Positions 18,071 through 29,357 of a stretch of 64,000 nt of DNA are shown here, piece by piece (positions within the stretch are counted from its first letter, which is position 1; each line of letters starts with the position of its first letter). Origin of the DNA: Candidatus Hodarchaeota archaeon (GTDB lineage Archaea > Asgardarchaeota > Lokiarchaeia > Sigyniarchaeales > SOKP01); assembly GCA_048886685.1 (NCBI GenBank), contig JBHLKM010000015.1, forward strand, positions 32,001 to 96,000, in the 5' to 3' direction. Position numbers and translations under genes: made by a program. Below the pieces are notes generated by a model. That model saw only the letters and a list, made by a program, of their open reading frames with translations. It was not told the origin of the DNA and made no database searches.

Positions 18071-21000
18071 TTGATATTGAGTACTGAAAAATTATCAAAT
18101 GAAGATAAATGGATTGTTTTAAAAAGTCTATTTGATGAGAAAGGTTTGGTTCGTCAGCATTTAGATTCATACAATGGGTTCATTGAATATGAAATGCAAT
18201 CCATAGTTGATGAATCTGGAGAAGTAATACCCGATATTCCAGGTTTCAAAATAAAATTTGGAAAAATTAAAGTTGGAATGCCAAAAGTTAGAGAAGCCGA
18301 TGGGGCAACTATGGAAATTACTCCTATTGAAGCGAGAATAAGAGAATTAAGTTATGCAGCAGATATTGCTTTAGAAATGACCCCAATAACTATTGATGAA
18401 CGAACTCAGAGGGAAGAAGCCGAAGAAACGTTAGATATCTATATTGGTAAGATACCTATTATGCTTAAAAGCTGCCGATGCCCATTAGAAAGTCTATCTG
18501 AGCAAGAATTGATTAATAGAGGTGAGGATCCGTTAGATCCAGGGGGATACTTTATAATAAATGGGACTGAACGAGTTCTTGTTACGCAGGAAGATCTTGC
18601 GCCTAATAGAATTCTCGCAGAAGAAGCCAGTAGAAGTTCTAGTGCCACTCATCAAGCAAAAGTATTTTCAACTAGGAGTGGGTTCCGCGCACCTGTAACG
18701 ATTGAAAGGAAAAAAGATGGTAATTTAAGAGTTTCATTCCCTTCAGTTCCTGGTAAAATCCCTTTAGCAATTTTAATGAGATCTTTAGGTTTACATTCTG
18801 ATAGAGAAATTTTCGAGGCTATATCTGAAAATGATGAAATTCAAAAAGAATTAATCCCTGTAATAGATGTAGCATCTGAAATCCAAGTGTTAAAGGATCC
18901 AGAGAAATCTCAACAAAATGCTCTTGATTATATTGGAAAAAGAGTAGCTATCGGACAAACTAAAGATTATCGTATTAGAAGAGCTCTTCAAGTGTTGGAT
19001 AGGTATCTATTGCCTCACATTGGAAATGCTGAGGAGGACAGAATTAAAAAAGCGTATTATTTAGGCCAAATGGCACAAAAAGTAATGGAACTTGCCTTAG
19101 GATTAAGAGAACCAGATGATAAAGACCATTATGCTAATAAAAGGTTAAAACTAGCTGGAGAATTATTTACTGGTCTATTTAGAGTTGCCTTCTTAAATCT
19201 TGTAAAAGATATTAAGTATCAGCTGGAAAGAACCGCCGTTAGAGGAAGAGCACCAAATATAAAAACCGCAGTCAGAGCAGATGTAATTACAGAAAGAATT
19301 AGACATGCATTAGCTACGGGAAATTGGGTTGGAGGTAAAGCTGGTGTGAGTCAATTGTTAAATAGAAATAATCATGTTGGTACATTGAGTCATTTAAGAA
19401 GAGTTATTTCTCCTTTAAGTAGAAGTCAACCTCATTTTGAAGCTAGAGATTTACATCCAACTCAGTGGGGAAAAATCTGTCCAGCAGAAACTCCTGAGGG
19501 GCCAAATTGTGGTTTGGTTAAAAATCTTGGATTAGCATCCATAATTTCCGTAGGAACTGATGAAAGAATTATTGAAAATATATTATTCGATTTGGGAGTC
19601 ATTCCTATAAATGAAGTGAAGACTGTAAAAGGAGATAAGGTAAAAGTTTTTCTTAATGGGAAATTAGTTGGCATTCATCAACAATACAACCCTTTTATTA
19701 GGCAACTTAGAGAAAAAAGAAGGAAAGGAGAAATAGGACAGCATGTAAACATAGGATATTACCATGACTCTAAAGAAATTCAAATTAATTGTGATGCTGG
19801 AAGAGCAACAAGACCACTTTTTGTATTAAAAAATAAGAAACCATTGATTATTAAGGAAGATATTGAGAAATTAAGACAACATAAATATATATGGTCAGAT
19901 TTAGTTCAAAAAGGTGTGATTGAGTATTTAGATGCGGAAGAAGAAGAAAATGCGTACATAGCTATGTTTGAAGAAGATATAACTGAGGAACATACTCATT
20001 TAGAAATTTCTCCAGCTGCAATTCTCGGAATTTGTGCTTCAATAATTCCATTTCCAGAACATAATCAATCACCAAGAAATACCTACGAAGCAGGAATGGT
20101 AAAACAAGCATTAGGTTTATTTGCTGCGAATATGCATCTTAGACTTGACACAAGGGGGCACACATTACATTACCCCCAACAACCTCTTGTAAAAACCAGT
20201 CCAATGGAGATAATTGGAATTAATAAACGACCTGCGGGGCAAAATTTTATTATTGCGATGATGAGCTTTGAGGGATTCAATATACAGGATGCTATTATAG
20301 TTAATAAAGCATCAATTGAGAGAGGTTTAGCTCGGAGTCATTTCTTTAGAACATATGATGCTGAAGAAAGAAAGTATCCAGGAGGAGAAGTTGACAAGTT
20401 CGAGATCCCAGAGAGGGGAGTGAGGGGATTCAAATCTGCCGAATCTTATCGACTTTTATCTGAAGAGGATGGCATAATAGAACCAGAAACTCAAGTTAAT
20501 GGAGGAGATGTGCTTATTGGGAGAACTTCTCCACCGAGATTTATAAAATCCTATGAAGAATTTGAATTAATGCAACCTAATAGGCGTGAAACTTCAAAAA
20601 ATATGAGGCATAATGAACAAGGGATAGTTGATACTGTAATTATTTCCGAAACCGTGGATGGAAATAAATTAGTAAAAATAAAAGTAAGAGATCTAAGGAT
20701 ACCTGAATTAGGAGATAAATTTTCTTCTCGTCATGGGCAAAAGGGCGTTCTTGGAGCGGTATTTGATCAATCTGATATGCCATTCACATCATCGGGTGTA
20801 ATTCCTGATATTATTGTTAATCCACATGCTATGCCTTCACGAATGACTTTAGGACAATTATTTGAGGGAATAAGTGGTAAAATTGCGTGTGCTAATGGAA
20901 AGTTAGGTGATGCTACTGCCTTTGAATGGACAGATATAACTAAACTTCAGGAACTTTTAGTGGATTCTGGGTTTGAATTTAATGGTAGAGAAGTTATGTA

Positions 21001-21448
21001 CAACGGGATAACAGGAGAAAAATATGAAGCTGGTATTTATTGCGCTCCAATCTATTATCAAAAGTTATATCACTTAGTTGCTGATAAACTTCATGCTAGA
21101 GCACGAGGTCCTGTTCAAATATTAACAAGACAACCAACTGAAGGTAGAGCTAGAGAAGGAGGGTTAAGATTTGGTGAAATGGAGCGTGATTGTCTTGTGG
21201 GCCATGGATCTGCGCTATTGTTGAAGGAAAGACTTCTAGATGAGTCAGATAGAACAGTTATATTAGTTTGTGAAAAATGTGGACTCCTGGCTGTGTATGA
21301 TCGAAATCGAGATAAGCGATATTGCCCAGTATGTGGAGAAAGCACAATAATATCAAAAGTTGTTTGTTCTTACGCTTTCAAGTTGTTATTACAAGAGATG
21401 ATGAGTTTAGGACTTGCTCCTCGACTCAAGCTCAAAGAAAAAATATAA
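18071..21448 (+). CDS. rpoB: RNA polymerase subunit Rpo2 (B), unsplit
   Basis: GGYFIING, ETPEG.NCGLVKN, GDKFSSRHGQKG, GGLRFGEMERD and C-terminal zinc finger; single 1125 aa chain. Confidence 0.98.
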   Translation: MILSTEKLSNEDKWIVLKSLFDEKGLVRQHLDSYNGFIEYEMQSIVDESGEVIPDIPGFKIKFGKIKVGMPKVREADGATMEITPIEARIRELSYAADIALEMTPITIDERTQREEAEETLDIYIGKIPIMLKSCRCPLESLSEQELINRGEDPLDPGGYFIINGTERVLVTQEDLAPNRILAEEASRSSSATHQAKVFSTRSGFRAPVTIERKKDGNLRVSFPSVPGKIPLAILMRSLGLHSDREIFEAISENDEIQKELIPVIDVASEIQVLKDPEKSQQNALDYIGKRVAIGQTKDYRIRRALQVLDRYLLPHIGNAEEDRIKKAYYLGQMAQKVMELALGLREPDDKDHYANKRLKLAGELFTGLFRVAFLNLVKDIKYQLERTAVRGRAPNIKTAVRADVITERIRHALATGNWVGGKAGVSQLLNRNNHVGTLSHLRRVISPLSRSQPHFEARDLHPTQWGKICPAETPEGPNCGLVKNLGLASIISVGTDERIIENILFDLGVIPINEVKTVKGDKVKVFLNGKLVGIHQQYNPFIRQLREKRRKGEIGQHVNIGYYHDSKEIQINCDAGRATRPLFVLKNKKPLIIKEDIEKLRQHKYIWSDLVQKGVIEYLDAEEEENAYIAMFEEDITEEHTHLEISPAAILGICASIIPFPEHNQSPRNTYEAGMVKQALGLFAANMHLRLDTRGHTLHYPQQPLVKTSPMEIIGINKRPAGQNFIIAMMSFEGFNIQDAIIVNKASIERGLARSHFFRTYDAEERKYPGGEVDKFEIPERGVRGFKSAESYRLLSEEDGIIEPETQVNGGDVLIGRTSPPRFIKSYEEFELMQPNRRETSKNMRHNEQGIVDTVIISETVDGNKLVKIKVRDLRIPELGDKFSSRHGQKGVLGAVFDQSDMPFTSSGVIPDIIVNPHAMPSRMTLGQLFEGISGKIACANGKLGDATAFEWTDITKLQELLVDSGFEFNGREVMYNGITGEKYEAGIYCAPIYYQKLYHLVADKLHARARGPVQILTRQPTEGRAREGGLRFGEMERDCLVGHGSALLLKERLLDESDRTVILVCEKCGLLAVYDRNRDKRYCPVCGESTIISKVVCSYAFKLLLQEMMSLGLAPRLKLKEKI

Positions 21449-21589
21449 TTCTTAAACGTTTTTTGAATTAAATCCATTATTTCTCTCTTTATTCAACATT
21501 GTTAGTATGAGCTTGTTAGTTGTAGACTTCTAAAATTATCAATTTTTAAGAAATAAAAAAAAAAAGGATAATTTTATTTTTTTAACTAT

Positions 21590-22033
21590 TTAAAACCCAA
21601 TTCCTAAGAAAGTATACAATTCAGGAATTAAACAGTATAGAACGTAGAGTATGAGTAGGGTTAACAATGAAATCCACACTGCATTATCCCATGGTATATC
21701 GATTAAGAACTTTACAAGGACTAATAGAATCAGAAATCCAATAATGGGTGTTAAATTGGTTAAGAAGTTTGCCCCCCCATCATCAAGAGCGTTCCTAATA
21801 TCAGCTAAAGCATCCCCAATAGCACTTAGTACCTCGTTTATTGCGTTTAAAACTATTGGAAGAAGCAATACTATTATAAAAGCTAATAAAAGTATCCAGA
21901 ATTTCTTATCTGAAGCCTTAGTTTTAGACTCTAAAAGAACAACTACTATATATATTATTAATGCTATAATTATCGTCGCAATTATTAACCATAATACAAA
22001 AAAAACAGGTTCCGCATCATTTTGAAACAACAT
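21590..22033 (-). CDS. Hypothetical membrane protein (~4 TM)
   Basis: Four hydrophobic segments; GGT(C/G)A-like RBS upstream. Confidence 0.7.
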   Translation of the reverse strand: MLFQNDAEPVFFVLWLIIATIIIALIIYIVVVLLESKTKASDKKFWILLLAFIIVLLLPIVLNAINEVLSAIGDALADIRNALDDGGANFLTNLTPIIGFLILLVLVKFLIDIPWDNAVWISLLTLLILYVLYCLIPELYTFLGIGF

Positions 22034-22163
22034 TTTAATGACCTGAGAAGTTTTTTTAAGATTTAATTATAAAAAATATTACATTTCTTCTTTTTTAAAG
22101 GTTGAGTTCTAAGATTATAAATGATAAAAGAAAGAGACTTCTATTAAATTATTTACATCTATC

Positions 22164-22364
22164 TCATATTCCCCAGTTTAACAAAAAGAAGTGAATAGAA
22201 AAGCCTAGAAATATCGATGCTATAATTATACTAATTACTGATAATTGGACTGATTTTTCTCTACCATATCTAGTGTAGATTACCAAAACTGTGAGAGCAA
22301 CTAATCCGATTATAAGAAAAAGCCATGCTAAGACCCATAAAGTTAATGAAGGAACATCAGCCAT
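22164..22364 (-). CDS. Small 2-TM membrane protein
   Basis: 66 aa with two hydrophobic helices separated by RYGREK. Confidence 0.65.
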   Translation of the reverse strand: MADVPSLTLWVLAWLFLIIGLVALTVLVIYTRYGREKSVQLSVISIIIASIFLGFSIHFFLLNWGI

Positions 22365-22518
22365 TCGTATGAAACCTATTTTTTTATAACTGGTAGTTTT
22401 AAGTTATGAATGATTTTTTTTTAATTTTATTGATGAATAAAATTTAAAATAATTATTTTTTGATAGTTAATAAACAAAACTTATATTAATATTCACGAAA
22501 GTTTTTTCTAAGATAAAG

Positions 22519-23295
22519 ATGCATTTTCTAAAAAAGATTGTCGGATCTCCAATTTTAGAAGACCCTGCAAAGAAACATATTGATGTTCATCGTCACTTCT
22601 ACAGATATTCTAAAGGAGAATTTATAGGCCCAGCATTAAAGATCTCAAAAACTAATACTCGTATAACGCTTAAAGGTACTCATGAATATGAAGATTTAAT
22701 TCTCGAGGTAGTAGCTAATACTCTTTCTGAGGAGGAAGTTGAAATAAAGGGCAATTTAATATCTGGTAATGATATAAGTGAAATAATTACAAATCTTGGA
22801 TTTGACTGGACTTTAAAAAAATCAACAGGTCAAACCAAGAATTATAAAGCTGATATTCTAAGCACAACTACCAAAGAAACCCTTTTAAAAAGTATTGCAA
22901 TTTTTAGAAAAACTAGTTATTACTTGATTTCGTTCAATATTAGCCCTATTTGTAAAGTCACAACTAAAAAAAGCATCCCACAACCTTCTAAAAAGAAAGT
23001 AGAGGAAGATGATGTAAATAAAAGGATACAATTTTGTACAGGTGTTATAAATAATAATGAACAAAATGTGAGATTTCTATTGGATTCGGTATTACCTGAT
23101 TTTAAATCAGAACTTCCCGATAAATGGAAAAACATTATTATAAAGAATAACTATAGAATAACAGAGATTATCCTGCCTGAGGATGTTGATAATTGGGGAT
23201 TAAAGAGAATACTAGCGATAAGGAAAGGTAAATTGTTTCGATCCATAGATGTAGATAATGAAATTATAGAAAAACAATATAATTTTGTCGTTTAA
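22519..23295 (+). CDS. Conserved hypothetical protein
   Basis: 258 aa ATG-started ORF with normal composition upstream of tfe; no motif recognised. Confidence 0.7.
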   Translation: MHFLKKIVGSPILEDPAKKHIDVHRHFYRYSKGEFIGPALKISKTNTRITLKGTHEYEDLILEVVANTLSEEEVEIKGNLISGNDISEIITNLGFDWTLKKSTGQTKNYKADILSTTTKETLLKSIAIFRKTSYYLISFNISPICKVTTKKSIPQPSKKKVEEDDVNKRIQFCTGVINNNEQNVRFLLDSVLPDFKSELPDKWKNIIIKNNYRITEIILPEDVDNWGLKRILAIRKGKLFRSIDVDNEIIEKQYNFVV

Positions 23296-23430
23296 GTCTT
23301 AAATTGTAAGTCTTTACTTTATTATTTTCAAAAAAATTTAATTTTTATGAAAAATAAATAATTATAAACTCAGTACTAAATGCGAACAAGGTAGATCTGT
23401 ATTAAAGAATTAAATCCTTTTTTAAAATCT

Positions 23431-23976
23431 TTGTTATATATTATTGCTGGAGAAATAGGTGTTTATGTTGGAATGGAACTTCTAAATTCTGAATCTATGG
23501 ATATAACTGATGAGGACATTACAGAAAATATAAAAAACGAGATAAAAGGTAAAGATATTGATTTTGAACCTGACGATACCGAAATTTTAAAGTTGAACAC
23601 AGTGCGGAAAACACTTTATAAATTATATTCAGAAAAGCTTGCACAATTCAGGCGCATACGAGATAAATCTACTGGATGGTTTATCTACTATTGGTGGCAT
23701 GAATTTGATCTCCTTGAGGAGATCCTAATTGAGAAAAAAAAATTAGTAGAGACTAAATTACGAGAGCGATTAGACTTTGAGGAAAAAAATTATTTTTTCT
23801 TCTGTAAAACATGTCAAAATATCAATATTAAATATAACTTTGATGAAGCTTTTGAGCTTAACTTCAGATGTCCTGATTGTGGAAGTCCTTTAGAAGCCCA
23901 AGATAACCAGAAAATCATTGAATTTTTGAAAAACAAGATTGTTTTAAACCAGAACTTTAAAATATCAATTGATTGA
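23431..23976 (+). CDS. tfe: Transcription factor E (TFIIE-alpha homolog); true start probably slightly upstream
   Basis: TDEDI, LNTVRKTLYKLY, DKSTGWFIYYW and zinc ribbon C..C...FRCPDCG. Confidence 0.93.
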   Translation: MLYIIAGEIGVYVGMELLNSESMDITDEDITENIKNEIKGKDIDFEPDDTEILKLNTVRKTLYKLYSEKLAQFRRIRDKSTGWFIYYWWHEFDLLEEILIEKKKLVETKLRERLDFEEKNYFFFCKTCQNINIKYNFDEAFELNFRCPDCGSPLEAQDNQKIIEFLKNKIVLNQNFKISID

Positions 23977-24050
23977 ATTACCTATTTGTAAGATTAATAA
24001 TATTTTCCTTTATCTATTACCTTCAATTAAATATAAATTAGTATCTATTT

Positions 24051-26075
24051 ATGGACGAAATAGTAAGATTTGGAACATGTACAAAAGATTGCTATGGTTC
24101 TTGTGTATTTAATGGGTTTTGGAATGATAATGCTATAGAACATAAGTTGCAATATGTAACTCCTTTAAAAAGTCATCCATTTACTAACGGTTTTTTCTGT
24201 CCTAAATATAATAATCGACAGGAATTATTATATCACCCCAAGCGTTTAAAGAGTCCATTAGTTAGGGGAGATCCAAAACCTGAAAACAGTTTCAAAAGTA
24301 TTTCTTCTCAACAAGCATTTGAAATTATAGCCAAAAAAGTAATGGAAATTAAGGAAAAAAAGCAGGAAAAGTCTATAGTTGGGGCTTTTTATTCGGGAAA
24401 TTCTGGATTGATATCTATGTATTCCCCTCTTAGGTTTTTTGCTAAGCTGGGGGCTACAGTTACCAGTGCTGGTCTATGTAATGAAGGTGGATGTCAAGCT
24501 CTGAAAAAAGTATTTGGAACTTATTCATTATCAAATCCCTTTCAAATTATTAATCCAGCAACTCATCTAATTGTTATTTGGGGCAGTAATCTATCAGAAA
24601 GTAATATCCATGCTTATTTTTTTGTTAAACAAGCACTTAAAAATAAAACTAAGCTAATTGTGGTTGATTCTCGCAATACCCGAATTGCCAGAAAATCAAA
24701 CTGTTTTCTTCATATAAATCCTGGCACCGAACATTTAATTGTTAAGTTAGTAGTTAAAGCATTAGTTAAACAGAATGTTTGTGATGTTGAATTTTTAAGA
24801 GACAATGTTGATTCCTATAGGTCCGTTTTTTCCGGAAGCAATAATATTGATGATGATAAGCTATTGTTCCAAATAGGAATCAATTTTGAAACATTTCAGA
24901 AATTAGTTGATTTACTAGTAGAACATAAACATCATACATTATTTATTATTGGTTATGGTGTTCAGAAGGTTTTTTATGGGGGAAGAATCGTCCAATCCAT
25001 TGCTTTAATTCAAATCTTACTTGGGAATATCGGCAAACGAGGAACAGGTTTGTTATATTCTCAAAGTGATTTTATAAAGCCTATAACCCAACCAATTTTG
25101 AATTATATTACCCATTCTGCAAATAATACTAGTTTAAAGGAAATTCCCTTAATTAATCTGGGTAAAGCTTTATCTACCGGAGAGCATAAAATTGTATTTA
25201 TATATAATCTTAACCCAGTGAGTTCCTTACCAAATCAAAAATTATTAAGAGAAGCACTTTTAAATGAAGATTTATTTGTAATTGTTTTAGATTTATTCTT
25301 GAATGAAACCACAAATTATGCGGATATCGTGATGCCTGCGAAGTTTGATTTGGAGTCATACGATATAATTACTCCATTTTATTTTCCCAGCTTATCTATA
25401 AATTTAGGGGGTCCTTGTCCATATATGGATTGTATGTCAAATTATGAGTTTTTTCAGAAATTAGCATGGAGAGTTGGCTATTGTAAATCATCAATTTTTA
25501 AAGAGTCTGAAAAAGATATATTTAATAAATGTTTAAATATGCTTCCAAAAAAGATTTATAAAGATGTTATTACAAACGGGTATCATCTATTATTTAATAA
25601 GTCACATATTCCATTTAAAAATCTTAAATTTCCTACTTTTAATAATAAAATCCAGGCTCAATATATCAATCTGAGATTTGGTGAAAATGAGTTGAATCAG
25701 AAATTTAACCGTAAAAAAAATGAGTTTATACTAATATCACCGTCTCACTCACATTTCTTGCATTCTCAATTGGGTCAATTAAATTCTAAGTATTATGAAG
25801 ATTTTAGTAAAATATTTTTAAATCCGGTAGATATAAAGTCTTTGGATTTAAACATAGATGAGGAGGTTTTAGTATCAAATAAATATGGTTCTGCTAATTA
25901 CATACTGGCTGAACTCACATCTTTAAAGTCAGGCACAGCACTAATCTATTCTGGGGGATCATCACCTTATAATGAAAGTACGAATGTTAACCTTTTTACC
26001 CCTGATATTCCTGAAGAATCGGGGCTTTCAGGAGCTTATAACTCTTCGATTATACAAATTAAGAAAGTAAAGTAG
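24051..26075 (+). CDS. Molybdopterin-dependent oxidoreductase (DMSO reductase family)
   Basis: N-terminal CTKDCYGSC...CPK [4Fe-4S] site, RLKSPL, LCNEGG, IWGSN, ETTNYADIVMPA and a C-terminal molybdopterin-binding domain. Confidence 0.88.
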   Translation: MDEIVRFGTCTKDCYGSCVFNGFWNDNAIEHKLQYVTPLKSHPFTNGFFCPKYNNRQELLYHPKRLKSPLVRGDPKPENSFKSISSQQAFEIIAKKVMEIKEKKQEKSIVGAFYSGNSGLISMYSPLRFFAKLGATVTSAGLCNEGGCQALKKVFGTYSLSNPFQIINPATHLIVIWGSNLSESNIHAYFFVKQALKNKTKLIVVDSRNTRIARKSNCFLHINPGTEHLIVKLVVKALVKQNVCDVEFLRDNVDSYRSVFSGSNNIDDDKLLFQIGINFETFQKLVDLLVEHKHHTLFIIGYGVQKVFYGGRIVQSIALIQILLGNIGKRGTGLLYSQSDFIKPITQPILNYITHSANNTSLKEIPLINLGKALSTGEHKIVFIYNLNPVSSLPNQKLLREALLNEDLFVIVLDLFLNETTNYADIVMPAKFDLESYDIITPFYFPSLSINLGGPCPYMDCMSNYEFFQKLAWRVGYCKSSIFKESEKDIFNKCLNMLPKKIYKDVITNGYHLLFNKSHIPFKNLKFPTFNNKIQAQYINLRFGENELNQKFNRKKNEFILISPSHSHFLHSQLGQLNSKYYEDFSKIFLNPVDIKSLDLNIDEEVLVSNKYGSANYILAELTSLKSGTALIYSGGSSPYNESTNVNLFTPDIPEESGLSGAYNSSIIQIKKVK

Positions 26076-26170
26076 TAAAGAGTTTAAGAAGCACCAGTAT
26101 TTTTTAAAAATCCCTTATTAGAGAATTTTATGTATGATTTTCGATGTATTTTTCAATAGAGAGAATTAAC

Positions 26171-26719
26171 TTAGGAATCTGAATCTTTACTTTTTTTTTT
26201 AATAAACGCAATATCTCCTAAAGAACTGCCAGTTGATTTTTTCATGAATTTGGTTTCTTGAACTCTAAACTCTGTTTCATCAATTTTCTTTAATAGTTTA
26301 ATTTTGTATACTTCTTGGATTTTTTTGGCTAATTTGATAGTTGGTTCTACTTTTCCTGCTTCAATTCTTCTAATTAATGATGGTTTTTCATTTAATTTCT
26401 GAGCAAATTGATCTTGATTAATTCTAAGATTGCTCCTAACATTTCTAATTCTTTTAGCATAATCAACAACGACTTCTAAATCTTCAATCCCCTTAGCCTT
26501 AAATGTTTGCCTTTTTGGAGCCATATGATGTTTAGTTTGAGCCGGTTTCTTTATTTGAACGTTGGTAGCTGATTTGTAGATTTTGGTGCCATGTTGAGCA
26601 CAATTATCACATACTGTGATTTTTGCCCCCTCTAATAAAACTCTCTGTCCTTTTCCCCATATTATACCTCCACATACTGGACATTCCTTATCTACTTCAT
26701 TGTATCTAGGTTTTGGCAT
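26171..26719 (-). CDS. mbf1: Multiprotein bridging factor aMBF1
   Basis: Zinc ribbon CPVCG...EGAKITVCDNC, HTH (QDQFAQKLNEKPSLIRRIEAG) and SLGD tail. Confidence 0.92.
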   Translation of the reverse strand: MPKPRYNEVDKECPVCGGIIWGKGQRVLLEGAKITVCDNCAQHGTKIYKSATNVQIKKPAQTKHHMAPKRQTFKAKGIEDLEVVVDYAKRIRNVRSNLRINQDQFAQKLNEKPSLIRRIEAGKVEPTIKLAKKIQEVYKIKLLKKIDETEFRVQETKFMKKSTGSSLGDIAFIKKKSKDSDS

Positions 26720-26963
26720 AAACTCATCTCAAGTTTTACTAATTGATAAAATTCTCATTCATATATAGAAGTTATTTGAGAATTCTTATAATTTGTGGTT
26801 ATAATTCCATTATATTTTATAATCTATAAATTTTTTAAAAATTGAGATTTTAAAGTAATAGTAAAGAAATAACCTTAAATTTAAATGAAGAAAAGTTTAT
26901 TATTAAATTAAAGCACTTTCTTAAGAAAAATAGAAAATTGAGAAAAGAAGGAGTATAATTTTT

Positions 26964-28172
26964 TTGACGACAACCAAGGATAAGAGAAAAAGAGAAGAAA
27001 CTAAAGATGGCGAGTATTTGATAACTTATACTAGACATCTAGAGAAAAGGTTAAGAAATTTAGAGACAGAAAAGCAACTATTAGATGCAGAGCGATTAAG
27101 ATTAGAACAAGAGTTACACAGTTTAAGAAATGAAATTGATAGGCTAAGAGAACCACCATTGGTTTCTGCAACTATCATAGATTTCTTAGATGATAAAGGA
27201 AGGGCAATTGTAAAAAGCTCAACAGGACCAAGTTTTGTCGTCAATGCCAGTAGAAAAGTGAAAAATGAAAAATTAACACCAGGAATGAGAGTTGCCTTAA
27301 ATCAGAGAACATTCGCTATTATGGAAGTTTTACCTACTAAACTTGATCCATTTGTTAAAGGTATGGAAGTAATTGATTCAATTCCAGACATTTCTTATGC
27401 CGATGTTGGTGGTTTAGGAGATCAACTACAAGAAGTTAGAGAAACAGTCGAATTACCCTTGAAGAAGCCAGAATTATTTGAAAAAATAGGTATTGATCCA
27501 CCGAAAGGCGTATTATTATTTGGGCCTCCAGGGACAGGAAAAACATTATTAGCAAAAGCAGTTGCTCATGAAACAGAAGCTACATTTATTAGAATCATTG
27601 GATCTGAATTAGTTCAAAAATTTATTGGTGAAGGTGCTCGTTTAGTGAGAGAAATTTTTAATTTGGCAAAAGAAAAAGCTCCTACAATATTATTTATTGA
27701 TGAGTTAGATGCAATCGGTTCTCAGAGATTAAAAATTGCTACATCTGGAGATAGAGAGGTTCAGAGAACTTTAATGCAATTATTAAGTGAATTAGACGGT
27801 TTTGAACAGCGCGGAGATGTAAAAATTATCGGTGCTACAAATCGAATTGATATCTTAGATCCTGCCTTATTGAGACCAGGAAGATTTGATCGAATGATAG
27901 AGTTTCCTATCCCAGATGATGTGGCTAGAAAAGCAATTTTTAAGATTCATACTCGAAGATTGAATATAGAAGAAAATGTAGATTTTAATAGGCTAGTTAA
28001 TTTAACAGAAGGTGCAACTGGAGCGGATATCAAAGCTATTTCTACTGAAGCAGGTATGTTTGCTATTAGAAAAGATGCTGAGATAATTGTTAGTAAAGAT
28101 TTTTATGATGCTGTTGATAAAGTAATGAATAAAGTAAGAGATAAATGTGTTGAATCTAGGCTATACTCATAA
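26964..28172 (+). CDS. pan: Proteasome-activating nucleotidase
   Basis: Coiled coil, OB fold, [30 protein letters not shown] and C-terminal HbYX (LYS). Confidence 0.97.
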   Translation: MTTTKDKRKREETKDGEYLITYTRHLEKRLRNLETEKQLLDAERLRLEQELHSLRNEIDRLREPPLVSATIIDFLDDKGRAIVKSSTGPSFVVNASRKVKNEKLTPGMRVALNQRTFAIMEVLPTKLDPFVKGMEVIDSIPDISYADVGGLGDQLQEVRETVELPLKKPELFEKIGIDPPKGVLLFGPPGTGKTLLAKAVAHETEATFIRIIGSELVQKFIGEGARLVREIFNLAKEKAPTILFIDELDAIGSQRLKIATSGDREVQRTLMQLLSELDGFEQRGDVKIIGATNRIDILDPALLRPGRFDRMIEFPIPDDVARKAIFKIHTRRLNIEENVDFNRLVNLTEGATGADIKAISTEAGMFAIRKDAEIIVSKDFYDAVDKVMNKVRDKCVESRLYS

Positions 28173-28248
28173 TGAGTGTAGAATAGAATCTATTTATGTT
28201 TTACATTGCTTATTTTAATATATCTTATTTTATTATTTATTATTACAA

Positions 28249-28740
28249 ATGGAAAGTACACTTTTATTAGGTTTAAGACAAGTTAAAGCAATTTCGGATT
28301 ATCAATTTGGCAAAGAAATAACTGACATTCTATTTAGTAAACTAGAGAATATTCATATTGAAAGATCTCTGGCTACTAATAAAATACGGTACATTTTTCA
28401 TAATAACAATTTAATGCTCACTTTACGACCTAATAATGGTTTCTTTACATTGAGTTTATATTCTGCTAATATGATAATCAAGAATATTTCAACTCCAAAA
28501 TTAAGGATTATTGTTTTAAATGAGATTTCTGAGTTTATAAAGAAGGGTAGGAATGTTTTTTGTAAACATGTTGTTAATATTGATGAAAATTTAAGACCTT
28601 TAGATGAGGTAATCATAGTTAATCAAAATGATGAATTATTAGCTATTGGAAGATTAAAATTACCTATTTCATATGTGAAGTCTTTCTCAAGTGGAGTTGC
28701 TGTAAATGTTCGAAAAGGAGTTTATAAATCAAAAATTTAA
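28249..28740 (+). CDS. PUA-domain RNA-binding protein (TgtA/ArcS C-terminal-like)
   Basis: DYQFG, GRNVFCKHV...LRPLDEV and GVAVNVRKG motifs. Confidence 0.85.
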   Translation: MESTLLLGLRQVKAISDYQFGKEITDILFSKLENIHIERSLATNKIRYIFHNNNLMLTLRPNNGFFTLSLYSANMIIKNISTPKLRIIVLNEISEFIKKGRNVFCKHVVNIDENLRPLDEVIIVNQNDELLAIGRLKLPISYVKSFSSGVAVNVRKGVYKSKI

Positions 28741-28782
28741 AATGCAAATTACTATATAATTATATAGAAATTATAGCTAAAA

Positions 28783-29271
28783 GTGAAGATTTTGGTAAAG
28801 CTCCCAAAAGAAATGCAAGATAAAGTTAAGAATAAACCTAAAAGGCCTCAAGCAGCCCCAAAGAGAGAAGGTGCCCAATTTGGATCAAGACAGATGCGAA
28901 GAAGAATGCAACAACAAGGAATTGAAATGGATCAAATCGAAGCAACAAGAGTTATAATTGAGGGAACAGAAAAAACATTAATACTTGAACAACCTGAAGT
29001 TGTATTAATGAAACAAGCGGATCAAGAGATTTATCAGATAATAGGGCAAGCAGAAGAGCGTTCATCAGAGGATCTTACAATTGTTACTGATGCACAAATT
29101 GAAGATGAGGAATCAATAGAAGAGACAGAAGTTAAACCAACTATAACAGAAAATGATATAATGTTAGTAGCCAGTCAAGCAAATGTCGATAAAAAAGAAG
29201 CTGAAACTGTATTAAAAGAATGTGATGGTGATATTGCTAAGGCAATTCTGTTTTTTAAAAATCGACCTTAA
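28783..29271 (+). CDS. nac: Nascent polypeptide-associated complex protein
   Basis: RQMRRRMQQQGI, NAC domain and UBA-like DIMLVASQA...GDIAKAI. Confidence 0.93.
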   Translation: MKILVKLPKEMQDKVKNKPKRPQAAPKREGAQFGSRQMRRRMQQQGIEMDQIEATRVIIEGTEKTLILEQPEVVLMKQADQEIYQIIGQAEERSSEDLTIVTDAQIEDEESIEETEVKPTITENDIMLVASQANVDKKEAETVLKECDGDIAKAILFFKNRP

Positions 29272-29357
29272 GAGAATTAATTTTTTAAATTTAGAAATCA
29301 TAAAAATTAAGAATTATAAAATTTTTAATATTCAAAAAGAAGATTACATGATAAGGA

